Source: Nitrospirae bacterium GWC2_57_13
GTDB lineage: Bacteria; Nitrospirota; UBA9217
Direction of reading: 5' to 3'
Assembly: GCA_001805055.1 (NCBI GenBank)
Contig: MHDZ01000066.1
Span: 4,904 to 63,619 of the forward strand
DNA: 58,716 nt
Positions 20,562 through 29,621 of this stretch are shown piece after piece; positions within the stretch are counted from its first letter, which is position 1, and the number at the start of each line of letters is the position of its first letter. The notes beneath the pieces were generated by a model. That model was not told the origin of the DNA. It was given only the letters and a program-made list of their open reading frames with translations, and made no database searches. A program made the position numbers and the translations under genes.

Positions 20562-21302
20562 CTATCCGCGCTCATCTGCGTCCAATTCGCCTCTGCTCTT
20601 CTTCCTCTCCGGCTCATTCCGATAGTACTTCTTCAGCCGTTCCGGCGGAACGCCGACGGCATACATCACCTGGAGCATCATGTTCCGCACTGTGCTGTAC
20701 AGGACCCCTTCGCGCTCCCAGCGCCGCGCCGAGGTACTGACCTTCTCCGGTATGATGCGGACCCGGCCGTTGCTTTTTTTGACGCGGCCCATGAGGTCCA
20801 CGTCTTCCATCAGCGGGATGTCACGATACCCATCGAGCCGCTCGAACAGGGAACGGGTCAAGAATATCCCCTGGTCCCCGAAGGGGATGCGTGTGATCCG
20901 CGTCCGGAGCGCTACATAGGCCTCGGTGATCTTGAAGATCCGGCGCTTTGTATCAATACCCAGGTCAAAGGCGCCGGCGTCCCATCGCCCCCCCTTCATT
21001 GTTTCACCAATGAGCCCAAAGGCCTGTTGCGGCAGCCAGGTATCAGCGTGCAGGAAGAGGAATACATCATGCGTTGCTTTCTTCGATCCCACATTCATCT
21101 GCCGTGCCCTGCCCGCTGATGATACTGACTTGACAACGTCCCGGTCGCGGATTGCTGAGATCGTATCCTGTTCCCCGGCGCCGTCGACGACAATGATCTC
21201 CACTGGCACGGGCGATGTAAGGCCCCGGAGGTATTCGATCAGTTCGTTGATCACGTTGGCCTCATGAAGCACGGGGATGATGACCGAGATCCCCTTGATC
21301 AA
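20562..21302 (-). CDS. family 2 glycosyltransferase (TIGR04283-like, arsenosugar-associated)
   Basis: ISVIIPVLHEA, GRARQMNVG, FLHADT, PFGDQG, PLMEDV, TSARRW. Confidence 0.85.
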   Translation of the reverse strand: MIKGISVIIPVLHEANVINELIEYLRGLTSPVPVEIIVVDGAGEQDTISAIRDRDVVKSVSSAGRARQMNVGSKKATHDVFLFLHADTWLPQQAFGLIGETMKGGRWDAGAFDLGIDTKRRIFKITEAYVALRTRITRIPFGDQGIFLTRSLFERLDGYRDIPLMEDVDLMGRVKKSNGRVRIIPEKVSTSARRWEREGVLYSTVRNMMLQVMYAVGVPPERLKKYYRNEPERKKSRGELDADERG

Positions 21303-22150
21303 AAGAACTCCCTGATCGCGGGACCGATGTCCGGCGCCTTCGCCGGCAGCCGCACCAGCGGCGCCTTGGCAAGCACCGGCACCTGCTCTTCATAGATCGG
21401 CCGCTGCCGCCGGTAGATCACACCGAGCGGGATGCGTTCCCCCCATTCCAGCGCTTTCGTGAAGGCCGCACTGCGGTCCGCTGGATCATGCTCGGGACCC
21501 AGACGGTACACCCGCTTGCTGTACCACTCATAGGTGTTCACCTTGTTGAAGGTCACGCAGGGCTGCAGGATGTCGACAAGGGTGAACCCCTTGTGCTTGA
21601 CGGCCTCCTTGATCAACCCCTTCAGATGCTCTCCGTCGCCGGCAAAGCCCCGCGCCGCAAAGCTGCAGTCCAGCGCAACAGCCAGCGCCATGGGGTTCAA
21701 CTGCTCCGAGATGACGCCGGCGGGCATGTTCTTCGTCTTCGTACCCTCGCCCGTGGTGGGCGATGCCTGTCCCTTGGTGAGTCCGTAGATCTGGTTATCA
21801 TGCACGAAGAGCTTGACGTTGACGTTCCGCCGCATGGTGTGCGCAAGATGGTTGCCGCCCTCGCCGTAGCAGTCGCCGTCGCCGGCAACGGCGATCACGA
21901 GCATCTCATGGTTCGCCAGCCGAAGGCCTGTTGCCACGGGCAGGGTCCTGCCGTGGAGACCGTTGAAGGTATTGCACCGGATATAGTGCGGGAATTTCGA
22001 TGCCTGCCCGATGCCCGAGACCATGGTGAACTGGTGTGGCTCGATTTCGAGCTCTGCCATGGCCTCCCTGAAGGTCGTGAGTATGGAAAAATTTCCGCAT
22101 CCCGGACACCATGTCGGGACCTGTCCTTCATAATCCTTTGCTGTCACCAT
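21299..22150 (-). CDS. korB: 2-oxoacid:ferredoxin oxidoreductase subunit beta
   Basis: WCPGCGN, VSGIGQ, LHGR, GDGDCYGEGGNH (TPP motif), YGLTKGQASPT. Confidence 0.9.
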   Translation of the reverse strand: MVTAKDYEGQVPTWCPGCGNFSILTTFREAMAELEIEPHQFTMVSGIGQASKFPHYIRCNTFNGLHGRTLPVATGLRLANHEMLVIAVAGDGDCYGEGGNHLAHTMRRNVNVKLFVHDNQIYGLTKGQASPTTGEGTKTKNMPAGVISEQLNPMALAVALDCSFAARGFAGDGEHLKGLIKEAVKHKGFTLVDILQPCVTFNKVNTYEWYSKRVYRLGPEHDPADRSAAFTKALEWGERIPLGVIYRRQRPIYEEQVPVLAKAPLVRLPAKAPDIGPAIREFF

Positions 22151-22266
22151 GATGATCTCCTGACCCGTAATAAGCGGAATTGGAAAGTGCAAATTGCCTT
22201 CTACCTATGCGGCTTTTATGGGCATGCTCAATCTGCGCTACCTATCGACACTCTTTTGTCGATCTC

Positions 22267-24006
22267 TTACCGCCTCTTGATCTTTCCCTTCAGCTCCTTC
22301 ACAAGCGAGTCCACCGTGAAGGGTCTTCCGTCATAGCGCCGCACATGCCCGCTGAACACAAATCCTGTTTCGGCCCGCAGGAGCCGCTCGAACTGGCCTG
22401 TGGCGTTATTCTCGATACAGATGGTCTGTCCGGCCTTTTTGAGTACCGACAGATATCCCGATGCTTCTGCCGCAGGCAGGGGAAATACCTCGCTGAAGTG
22501 CAGCATGGCTGCGGAATGCGTGGCCGACAGTTCGTCCACGGCCTCGCGCAGCACGCCGTAGGTCGAGCCCCAGCAGGTGATGACGACCTCGGGGTGCAGG
22601 TCGCCATAGAACAACGGCGGCGCGATCTCTTTCTGGATGCGCGGCAGCTTCTTCAACAACCGCTTCTCGACCATCCGGTTCCGCGTTTCCCCGTCCTCGA
22701 CGATATGCCCTGCCTCGTCGTGCTCATCACTGTCCGTCACCACGAGATGCTTCGCGTCACCGGGTACGCCGAGGGGGGTGACGCCGTTCGCTGTATAGGC
22801 GTGGCGCTGGTATTCAGCGAGCCCGCTGAAAGCCTCTCCGCGCAGACGGTAGTCAGTATACTTCACCTTGGATAGATCGAAGTCCTCGTAGGTCCACTGC
22901 GAATCAGCCAGGTATTGGTCGAAGAGAATGAAAACCGGTATCTGGTATTTCTCGGCCAGGTCAAAAGCCCGCGCTGTCTGAAGCAGGGCCTGGACCGGCG
23001 TCCCTGGCGCGAAGATGATGCGCGGGAATTCGCCGTGGCCCGCTGAGACCAGGAACTGCAGTTCGCCCTGCTCCGTTCGCGTGGGCAGGCCCGTTGCAGG
23101 GCCGGGACGCTGACCCATGGCAATGACCACCGGCGTTTCAGTGATCCCGGCAAGCGAAAGCCCTTCGACCATCAGCGCGAAGCCGCCGCCTGACGTGCCC
23201 GTCATGGCGCGGACCCCGGCAAAAGAGGCGCCCAGGGCCATATTGATGGCCGCGATCTCGTCCTCTGCCTGTTCGACGACGATGCCGAACTGCTCCGCCT
23301 TTGACGCGATATAGTTCATGATGCCCGTCGACGGCGTCATGGGATAGGCTGCATAGAACCTGCATCCTCCTGCAATGGCGCCCAGCGCGATAGTTTCGAT
23401 GCCTGCAATGAGCAGCCGTTTCTTTCGCGATGCCTTTGTGTCCTTCTTTTCCCCGGCAAAGGAACAGGTAACGCACTGCTCCACGGCGAGCTCGTGCCCT
23501 GCCTGGGCCGCCTTCCGGTTCGCGCTGACCACCGCTTCGCCTTTTTTCCCGAAGGTCTCGGCGATGATGGCGAGAAGCGCATCGAGCTCCATGCCCAGCA
23601 TGCCGAGCACAGCGCCTGTTGCGACCGTGTTCGCCATGATCGGGCTGCCGCCGTGCTCTTTGGCCAGCTTGGCAAAGGGAATATCGATGAAGGCAGGACC
23701 TTCGTAGGTCTTCTTGAGGGCCGAGGAGTCGTACACTACCTGCGCCCGCCTTGTGCGCTCCTTCTCGTAGCGCGGGATGGTCTCGCTGTCCAGGGCAACA
23801 AGAATGTCGATGCCGTCCCGCGAGGCGTAGACCGGCTGCGTTGACACGCGGATCTGATAAAAATTATGGCCTCCGCGCACCCTCGACTCGTAGTCCTGGT
23901 GCGTGAACACAAAGTAACCTGTCCGCACGAAGACCCGCCCCAGGGTCTCGCCGATCGTCTGGATCCCCTGGCCTGCTGCGCCGCCTATCCGTATCGTGTA
24001 GTCCAT
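22267..24006 (-). CDS. korA: 2-oxoacid:ferredoxin oxidoreductase subunit alpha (gamma-alpha fusion)
   Basis: GGAAGQG, SRVRGGHN, YPMTPST, QAEDEIAA, TSGGGFALM, QRPGPATGLPT. Confidence 0.9.
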   Translation of the reverse strand: MDYTIRIGGAAGQGIQTIGETLGRVFVRTGYFVFTHQDYESRVRGGHNFYQIRVSTQPVYASRDGIDILVALDSETIPRYEKERTRRAQVVYDSSALKKTYEGPAFIDIPFAKLAKEHGGSPIMANTVATGAVLGMLGMELDALLAIIAETFGKKGEAVVSANRKAAQAGHELAVEQCVTCSFAGEKKDTKASRKKRLLIAGIETIALGAIAGGCRFYAAYPMTPSTGIMNYIASKAEQFGIVVEQAEDEIAAINMALGASFAGVRAMTGTSGGGFALMVEGLSLAGITETPVVIAMGQRPGPATGLPTRTEQGELQFLVSAGHGEFPRIIFAPGTPVQALLQTARAFDLAEKYQIPVFILFDQYLADSQWTYEDFDLSKVKYTDYRLRGEAFSGLAEYQRHAYTANGVTPLGVPGDAKHLVVTDSDEHDEAGHIVEDGETRNRMVEKRLLKKLPRIQKEIAPPLFYGDLHPEVVITCWGSTYGVLREAVDELSATHSAAMLHFSEVFPLPAAEASGYLSVLKKAGQTICIENNATGQFERLLRAETGFVFSGHVRRYDGRPFTVDSLVKELKGKIKRR

Positions 24007-24073
24007 GCTGTCGCTCCCTTGCCGGTTCTGCACTGTAGGGACAGTCCCCCCCCTGGGACAGTCTCCGTGAGAC

Positions 24074-24110
24074 AGGGACAGTCCCCCTGGAATCAAAGGG
24101 GACTGTCCCT
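24074..24110. repeat. REP-like palindrome AGGGACAGTCCCC..GGGGACTGTCCCT
   Basis: Near-identical copy at 52964-53000; half copy near 51664-51680. Confidence 0.7.
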
Positions 24111-24446
24111 TTTCAGTTCGTCAACCAGATCTTCTATCTCGATGGTCCCTTTATCGAGCAGATGCGCCAGCAGAACAAATCCTCCGCAGGGAACCGCCTG
24201 CCCGCCGGTGAGGATGAAATCGCAATCCTCCGCAAAGAAATCACAGTCAGAGCACATACTGCTCTTGAGTTTTTCTACCACAATAGCGGACGGCCCGGTC
24301 ATCTCTGCGGGGCGATCGAGCGGAACGCGCCTGCCATTCTGCATCAGACGCCGGACAATGACGGCTCCCCTGCACTCAAGCTCTTCGTTCTTTTCCGGTT
24401 TGTAGTATTTGCAGAAATTGAGGCACAGCTTCTTATCGCTCTTCAT
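24093..24446 (-). CDS. small Cys-rich hypothetical protein
   Basis: CLNFCKYYKP...CRG...CSDCDFFAEDCDF...PCGG; directly upstream of korA on the same strand. Confidence 0.7.
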   Translation of the reverse strand: MKSDKKLCLNFCKYYKPEKNEELECRGAVIVRRLMQNGRRVPLDRPAEMTGPSAIVVEKLKSSMCSDCDFFAEDCDFILTGGQAVPCGGFVLLAHLLDKGTIEIEDLVDELKRDSPL

Positions 24447-24841
24447 ACTTTACCACGCTGCCAGCCAGGCACAGGAGCCTGTTGTTCGAGATTCCCTCTC
24501 ATGCGCCGCCATCTGCAGCAACTCGGCGCCCGCATGCTTCAGCATGTTCTCTCTACCGACGGCCATTAATGCTGTGTGCGGCTTGATTGTGAAAACCGGA
24601 TTAGTGTTCCGAAACTGCGAGGCCACAGGGCAGTGTGACCTCGTGAATGGCCAATAGTCTTTCGCTGCCGCTTCCTCTGTTTATTATACCAGCCTTTTCC
24701 GGTGAATTCCAGCTGACAGAACAATTCACTGTCCTCGGAAAGCATTCAACGTACTCTTGATGACTTTGCAGCAGGTGCATTATATCGCAATGGGCAGGCG
24801 GTCGGACCTTGATCGGCCTTGCAACGTGGTATAATAACCTT

Positions 24842-25972
24842 ATGCGTTACTTTCTTGCACGGGATGCGGCGCTCAAATGGCTCGAGACGCCGGCGGTCTA
24901 TCACATCCAGAACGATGAACTGTACGAACTCGACGAGGCCTCTTTTGCTTTTTTCGAGTCCTGCACTTCTGAGAAAGGGTGCGCCTCCCGGGACAGCGCC
25001 TTCCTTGACTACTCGCTTGAGGAAGGTCTGATCTCGACGGAACGGTCACCGGTTCCGCAACCGAAGCTCAAGAAAGCGCCTGCCCCCTCCCTTCGCTATC
25101 TAGAACTGCAGATCACCGACGCCTGCAACCTTCGGTGCAAACACTGCTACATCGAAGACAGCCACAATGCGGAACTGCCTCTGGACCGGATCCGCTTGGT
25201 CCTGAAAGAATTCGAGGACATGCAGGGACTGCGTCTGTTGATCACGGGGGGAGAACCGCTTCTGCACAGTGCCTTCAACGATGTGAATGCCATGCTTCCC
25301 GAATTCAGCTTTCGAAAGATCCTGTTCACGAACGGACTTGCGCTGCCTGCCCAGGACCTCGGCGGCCTGAACGTCCATGAAATCCAGCTCAGCATAGACG
25401 GGCTGGAAAAGGCCCATGATGCCCTGCGCGGACAGGGCACCTTCACGCGCACCATCGACGCGGCCACGCGGGCCCTCGATGCCGGTTTCGATGTCTCCAT
25501 CTCAACGATGGTCCATCCCGAAAACTTCGAAGACTTCGACGGCATGGAACGCCTGTTCCGGAGCATGAAGATCAAGGACTGGACCGTAGACGTGCCCTGC
25601 CTAACCGGCAGGCTGAAGGATAACGCCGATTTCCAGGTGCTGCCTGAAGAAGGAGGGAAATATCTGGGCTACGGATTCGGCGGCGGCCTCCACAGCTCGG
25701 GCGCGGGGTTCGGATGCGGCCTCCATCTCATGTCCGTGCTGGCCGACGGCCGGGCGGCGAAGTGCACGTTCTACGCGGACCGGGCCGTCGGGTCCGTCGA
25801 TGAAGGTCTTCGGACCTGCTGGCAGCGGGTACGGCCCGTCCCGCTCGCCTCGCTCACCTGTGACTGCTCCTATCTCGAAGCCTGCAGGGGGGGCTGCCGG
25901 TTCCGCGCGGAACTGCTCTCGGGTAAGAACGGAAAAGACCTTTACAGATGTGCCCTCTATGGTATAGAATAG
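24842..25972 (+). CDS. radical SAM/SPASM protein, probable peptide maturase
   Basis: CNLRCKHC, TGGEP, SPASM Cys (CGLH..KC..CDC..CRGGC..C); about 80-aa N-terminal extension resembling a RiPP recognition element. Confidence 0.85.
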   Translation: MRYFLARDAALKWLETPAVYHIQNDELYELDEASFAFFESCTSEKGCASRDSAFLDYSLEEGLISTERSPVPQPKLKKAPAPSLRYLELQITDACNLRCKHCYIEDSHNAELPLDRIRLVLKEFEDMQGLRLLITGGEPLLHSAFNDVNAMLPEFSFRKILFTNGLALPAQDLGGLNVHEIQLSIDGLEKAHDALRGQGTFTRTIDAATRALDAGFDVSISTMVHPENFEDFDGMERLFRSMKIKDWTVDVPCLTGRLKDNADFQVLPEEGGKYLGYGFGGGLHSSGAGFGCGLHLMSVLADGRAAKCTFYADRAVGSVDEGLRTCWQRVRPVPLASLTCDCSYLEACRGGCRFRAELLSGKNGKDLYRCALYGIE

Positions 25973-26034
25973 ATTCATTATAAGCGTCTGATCGCTTTCA
26001 ACAACGACCTTATTCTCGGAAAAGGAGGATCGCG

Positions 26035-26097
26035 GTGAAGATCAAAAAAGTTTCGAAAAAGGCAGCCCTGACCTGCAAGTGCAAAAGCTCGTGCTAA
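26035..26097 (+). CDS. putative RiPP precursor micro-peptide, 20 aa (MKIKKVSKKAALTCKCKSSC)
   Basis: AAAGGAGG RBS 6 nt before GTG; Lys-rich leader and CxCxxxC tail; lies between rSAM/SPASM gene and a terminator. Confidence 0.7.
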   Translation: MKIKKVSKKAALTCKCKSSC

Positions 26098-26130
26098 GGG
26101 ACAACTGGCCGCTCACGGCATTACATAAGC

Positions 26131-26167
26131 CGCCCCGTTCACGCTCCATCAACGGGGCGTTTATTTT
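26131..26167 (+). terminator. rho-independent terminator
   Basis: cgccccgtt...aacggggcg stem followed by tttatttt. Confidence 0.7.
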
Positions 26168-26223
26168 GCCCTCATCATGCAGTACACGCGGAGCCGCATT
26201 CCAGCAGGAGATGATAACCAAAT

Positions 26224-27270
26224 ATGAAACTCGCCTTGAAGAACTTGATGACCTGCAGCGCCGTTATTCTTCTGCTGCTGACGGCCTGCGCTCCGAAACA
26301 GGCGCCCGTGGGCGGACATCCCGCAGAAACGATCTCCGATTCGGCCCTGCGACCCGACGCGCCGGAGCGCCCGGCTCAGGAAGGAACGCGGACGAGATCT
26401 CAGGGCGAGGAAAAGGCGCCCGGGAGCGAAGCTGTTGAATCGACAGCGCCCGATGTCCCTCCCGATGCCGGGAACGCCAGGTCCTTTTTTGAGCGCGGCA
26501 TCACCTCGTCGAAAAAGGAGCGCTATGATGACGCGATTGCCGAGTATGCGCGCGCCATCGAGCTGAACCCGTCCTATGCTGCAGCGTATAACGAGCGGGG
26601 CTTCGCTTACGCGCAGAAGGCCCAGTACGACAGGGCCATCACGGACTATGCAAAAGCGATCAATCTGAATCCGCGGTATGACGCCGCCTACTACAATCTC
26701 GGCAATGCCTACTATCACAAGGGCCGCTATGAGCCGGCGATCGCCAATTACGACAAGGCGCTCGAATACAATCCCCGCCACTTCATGGCCTTCAACAACC
26801 GCGGCAACTCCTGGTACCAGAAGGCGGAGTTCGGCAGGGCCATTGCCGACTATGTCCGGGCGCTTGAGCACCGGCCGAAGTACGATGAGGCCTATTACAA
26901 CATGGGCAACGCCTATTACCGGAAGGGTGAGTACGAACGGGCCGTGGACAACTACACAAAGGCGATCGAGCTGAACCCGGCGTCGAACCGGTCCTATACG
27001 AACCGGGGCGTCGCCTTCATCATGCGGGGAAAATACGACGACGCCGAGCAGGACATCAGGAAGGCCCTGTCCCTGGACCGTGAGGACAGCGAAGCCATGG
27101 TGCGCATGGCAGAGCTGCACGCGGCGAAAAAGGATGTGGCCGAGGCCTGCCGGTGGCTCCGGCGCGCCGTGGAAAAGGGATACCGCGACAGGAACTATCT
27201 TGCGGCGTCAAAGACCCTGGACCCCATACGCGCTTTTCCCTGCTTCGAGGAGGCCCTTGCGGGCAGATAG
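26224..27270 (+). CDS. TPR-repeat lipoprotein
   Basis: Lipobox LTAC; about six 34-aa TPR units (AYNERG/AYYNLG/AFNNRG). Confidence 0.9.
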   Translation: MKLALKNLMTCSAVILLLLTACAPKQAPVGGHPAETISDSALRPDAPERPAQEGTRTRSQGEEKAPGSEAVESTAPDVPPDAGNARSFFERGITSSKKERYDDAIAEYARAIELNPSYAAAYNERGFAYAQKAQYDRAITDYAKAINLNPRYDAAYYNLGNAYYHKGRYEPAIANYDKALEYNPRHFMAFNNRGNSWYQKAEFGRAIADYVRALEHRPKYDEAYYNMGNAYYRKGEYERAVDNYTKAIELNPASNRSYTNRGVAFIMRGKYDDAEQDIRKALSLDREDSEAMVRMAELHAAKKDVAEACRWLRRAVEKGYRDRNYLAASKTLDPIRAFPCFEEALAGR

Positions 27271-27428
27271 GAAGTACAGAACGGATAGAGCAATGATCCT
27301 GAAAAAAGCATGCGGAGGCGGATAGTATCAGGAACAACGGATAAGGGCAAAAAGTTCAGCAATCACATCAAAAAGAAGTCATTATTTCTGACCAGCCTTG
27401 ATCAGAAGTTATCCCGTCCCAATAAGTT

Positions 27429-28262
27429 CTATTTTATATGACACCGTTCGCAGAAATTCGCCGGTGCCTGCTTCGCGGGAACAAGAATGTCCGCCCCATG
27501 GGGCGCGTGGCAGGTCGCGCAGGAAAGATCTTTTCCCTTCCGGAGAGGATCGGGTTTGCCGCTCACGGGATGATCGTCGGCGAAACCAAAACCCGCCATG
27601 AGGTGCCTGCCGTCGGCCCGATTCACATGGCAGGTCGCGCAGAGCTCGTTCAACGGCTTGTACAGGAGGTACGGATGGTCCGTGGTGTGCGGATTATGGC
27701 ATGACGCGCACTCCACCTGGTCCTCCTGTGCGCCGAAGAGCCGAACTCCTTTTTTCCTCGCTGCAGTTATGCCGGCCAGGCCCGCCCCCGGAGGATCGTA
27801 GGTGATCCCTGACGGATGGTCGCCCGAGAGATAATCAGAGGGCTCATATCCTGCAAGCGGATCGTAGGCGCTGCCCGCCCGCCCTGTTCTCTTCCCTTCG
27901 TACTTCCCTTCGCTGCGATAGTCCATGTTCCGGGCAATGGCGCCGTCATGACAGGAAAGGCATACCAGAGAGTTCGCTCCGGGCCGCGGCAGTTTCTCAA
28001 ACTGCTGCGTCGGCTCCCATGCGTACAGAGGATACTGCTCCACAGGCTTCACGTTCAGGTCCTTCATCCATACCGGCGTCCGCTGAGCGCCCCCGCCGCG
28101 CGGAATATGGCAGAAGGTGCAGGCTGCACCGCTGTCCTGCGCGAAGGACCGTTCGCTGTCCCGCGTCAGGTCGTGCTTGGAACCGGCGATCCCGGCAAGG
28201 GCGTTGCCGGCCGGCAGGAGAAGGGACGCTGCGAGAACTGCAAGCACCGGGATTCTCATCAT
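27429..28262 (-). CDS. hexaheme cytochrome c with OmcE-like tetraheme core
   Basis: Signal peptide from ATG 28262; CTFCH, CLSCH, CASCH, CATCH, CATCH, CERCH; GSKHDL, DHP and CHNPH motifs. Confidence 0.85.
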   Translation of the reverse strand: MMRIPVLAVLAASLLLPAGNALAGIAGSKHDLTRDSERSFAQDSGAACTFCHIPRGGGAQRTPVWMKDLNVKPVEQYPLYAWEPTQQFEKLPRPGANSLVCLSCHDGAIARNMDYRSEGKYEGKRTGRAGSAYDPLAGYEPSDYLSGDHPSGITYDPPGAGLAGITAARKKGVRLFGAQEDQVECASCHNPHTTDHPYLLYKPLNELCATCHVNRADGRHLMAGFGFADDHPVSGKPDPLRKGKDLSCATCHAPHGADILVPAKQAPANFCERCHIK

Positions 28263-28263
28263 A

Positions 28264-29304
28264 TCACCTCGCACCCGTTCCCGACGGAGCGCTTCGCTTC
28301 CGCTGCTCCTCGAACTTCTTTCCTGCATACTGGAACATATGCACCGCTCCCGGCCACTGGTCCACGACATAGATCCGGTCCTGCTCGTCGATGCTGATGC
28401 CTGCGGGAAGCGTGAACCGGCCCGGTCCGAGGCCGCCTGTGCCGAAGTAATACAGGAGCGTGCCGTCGGTGTCGAAGATCTGGACGTTCTGGAAAGCTGC
28501 GTCAACAACATAGACATGGTCTTCCGAGTCAATGGCGATGCCCTTCGGCCTTGCAAAAGCGCCGGGCGCGTCGCCGATGCCGCCGATGCTTCTCAGGTAC
28601 TTGCCGTCACGGTCAAAAGCCTGGACCCGGAAGTTGCCGGTGTCTACAACATAGAGAGTGCCCCTGGAGTCGACAGCAACGCTCGTGGGAAAATTGAACT
28701 TATCTTTCTCCTTGATTCCCCTCGAACCGATGGTTCGCTGCAGCCGGTAATCCTTCAACCCGTATACCGCCACGCGATGTTTCCTGCTGTCAACGACGTA
28801 GAGCTTTCCGTTCCGCTCATCAACTGCCACGCCGCAGGGCAATTCGAGCTCCTCTGCACCGCCGACGCTCGCAATCCGTTTTCCGTCGGCGGAATGAACG
28901 AAGACCTTGCGCGCCGCGCTGTCGGCCGTGAAGATCCTGCCGTCGCTGCTCACGGCGATGCCGAGCGGCTCGGACCGCGCTGCGTCAGTACCGCCACTGC
29001 CAAGGAAGCCGGACCGCTTTTTTCCCGGGTGAAAGAAGACAATGCGCCCGCGGTCCGTAACGTACATCCGTCCGCTCAGGTCAACAGCAACGCCGTAGGG
29101 CTTCCTAAGCGTGATCGTTCCCTCTTTACCGCCGCCCGCATCGCGGGAGCTTCTGATCGCCCCCAGGTGATGGATCTTCGCGGTCTCTGTCGCATCAGAC
29201 CATGCGGGGCCAGCGCCGCCCCCTGACTGGGCGGCATGAACAACCGGCGCGAACAGCAGCAGCAACAGAAGCGCAACTCCTGCGATGGTACGCGACGACG
29301 ACAT
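28264..29304 (-). CDS. exported NHL-repeat beta-propeller protein
   Basis: Repeated PxGIAVD..G.IYV.D....RV..F units; signal peptide from ATG 29304. Confidence 0.88.
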   Translation of the reverse strand: MSSSRTIAGVALLLLLLFAPVVHAAQSGGGAGPAWSDATETAKIHHLGAIRSSRDAGGGKEGTITLRKPYGVAVDLSGRMYVTDRGRIVFFHPGKKRSGFLGSGGTDAARSEPLGIAVSSDGRIFTADSAARKVFVHSADGKRIASVGGAEELELPCGVAVDERNGKLYVVDSRKHRVAVYGLKDYRLQRTIGSRGIKEKDKFNFPTSVAVDSRGTLYVVDTGNFRVQAFDRDGKYLRSIGGIGDAPGAFARPKGIAIDSEDHVYVVDAAFQNVQIFDTDGTLLYYFGTGGLGPGRFTLPAGISIDEQDRIYVVDQWPGAVHMFQYAGKKFEEQRKRSAPSGTGAR

Positions 29305-29621
29305 GAGCCGATTCGGGAAAAGATATATGATGAGTCCGGAACAACAGTACATTTCCGCTTTCCTTTCTGCATCAGGCAAATACGCCGTCAGCCTCTCATC
29401 AAAACAACAACGGCAAACCGCGATGACTACGAAACGGACCCATTGTATCGAAGATGATGAATCAAATCAAACAAAAATCAGCGCAGGATTTAATATACGA
29501 AGTAAGTATTAAGATTGATTGTTGCGATCCCTCGCATCAACTTTCCGAAATTTTATTGACATTTCTGCAAGCCGCTATTATAGTCGACAACAAATTGCGA
29601 ACTACACGCTACAAAATAATC

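Noticed and set aside
24450-24566. 38-codon minus-strand ORF (MAVGRENMLKHAG...)
   Set aside because: No convincing RBS or motif; cannot be supported.
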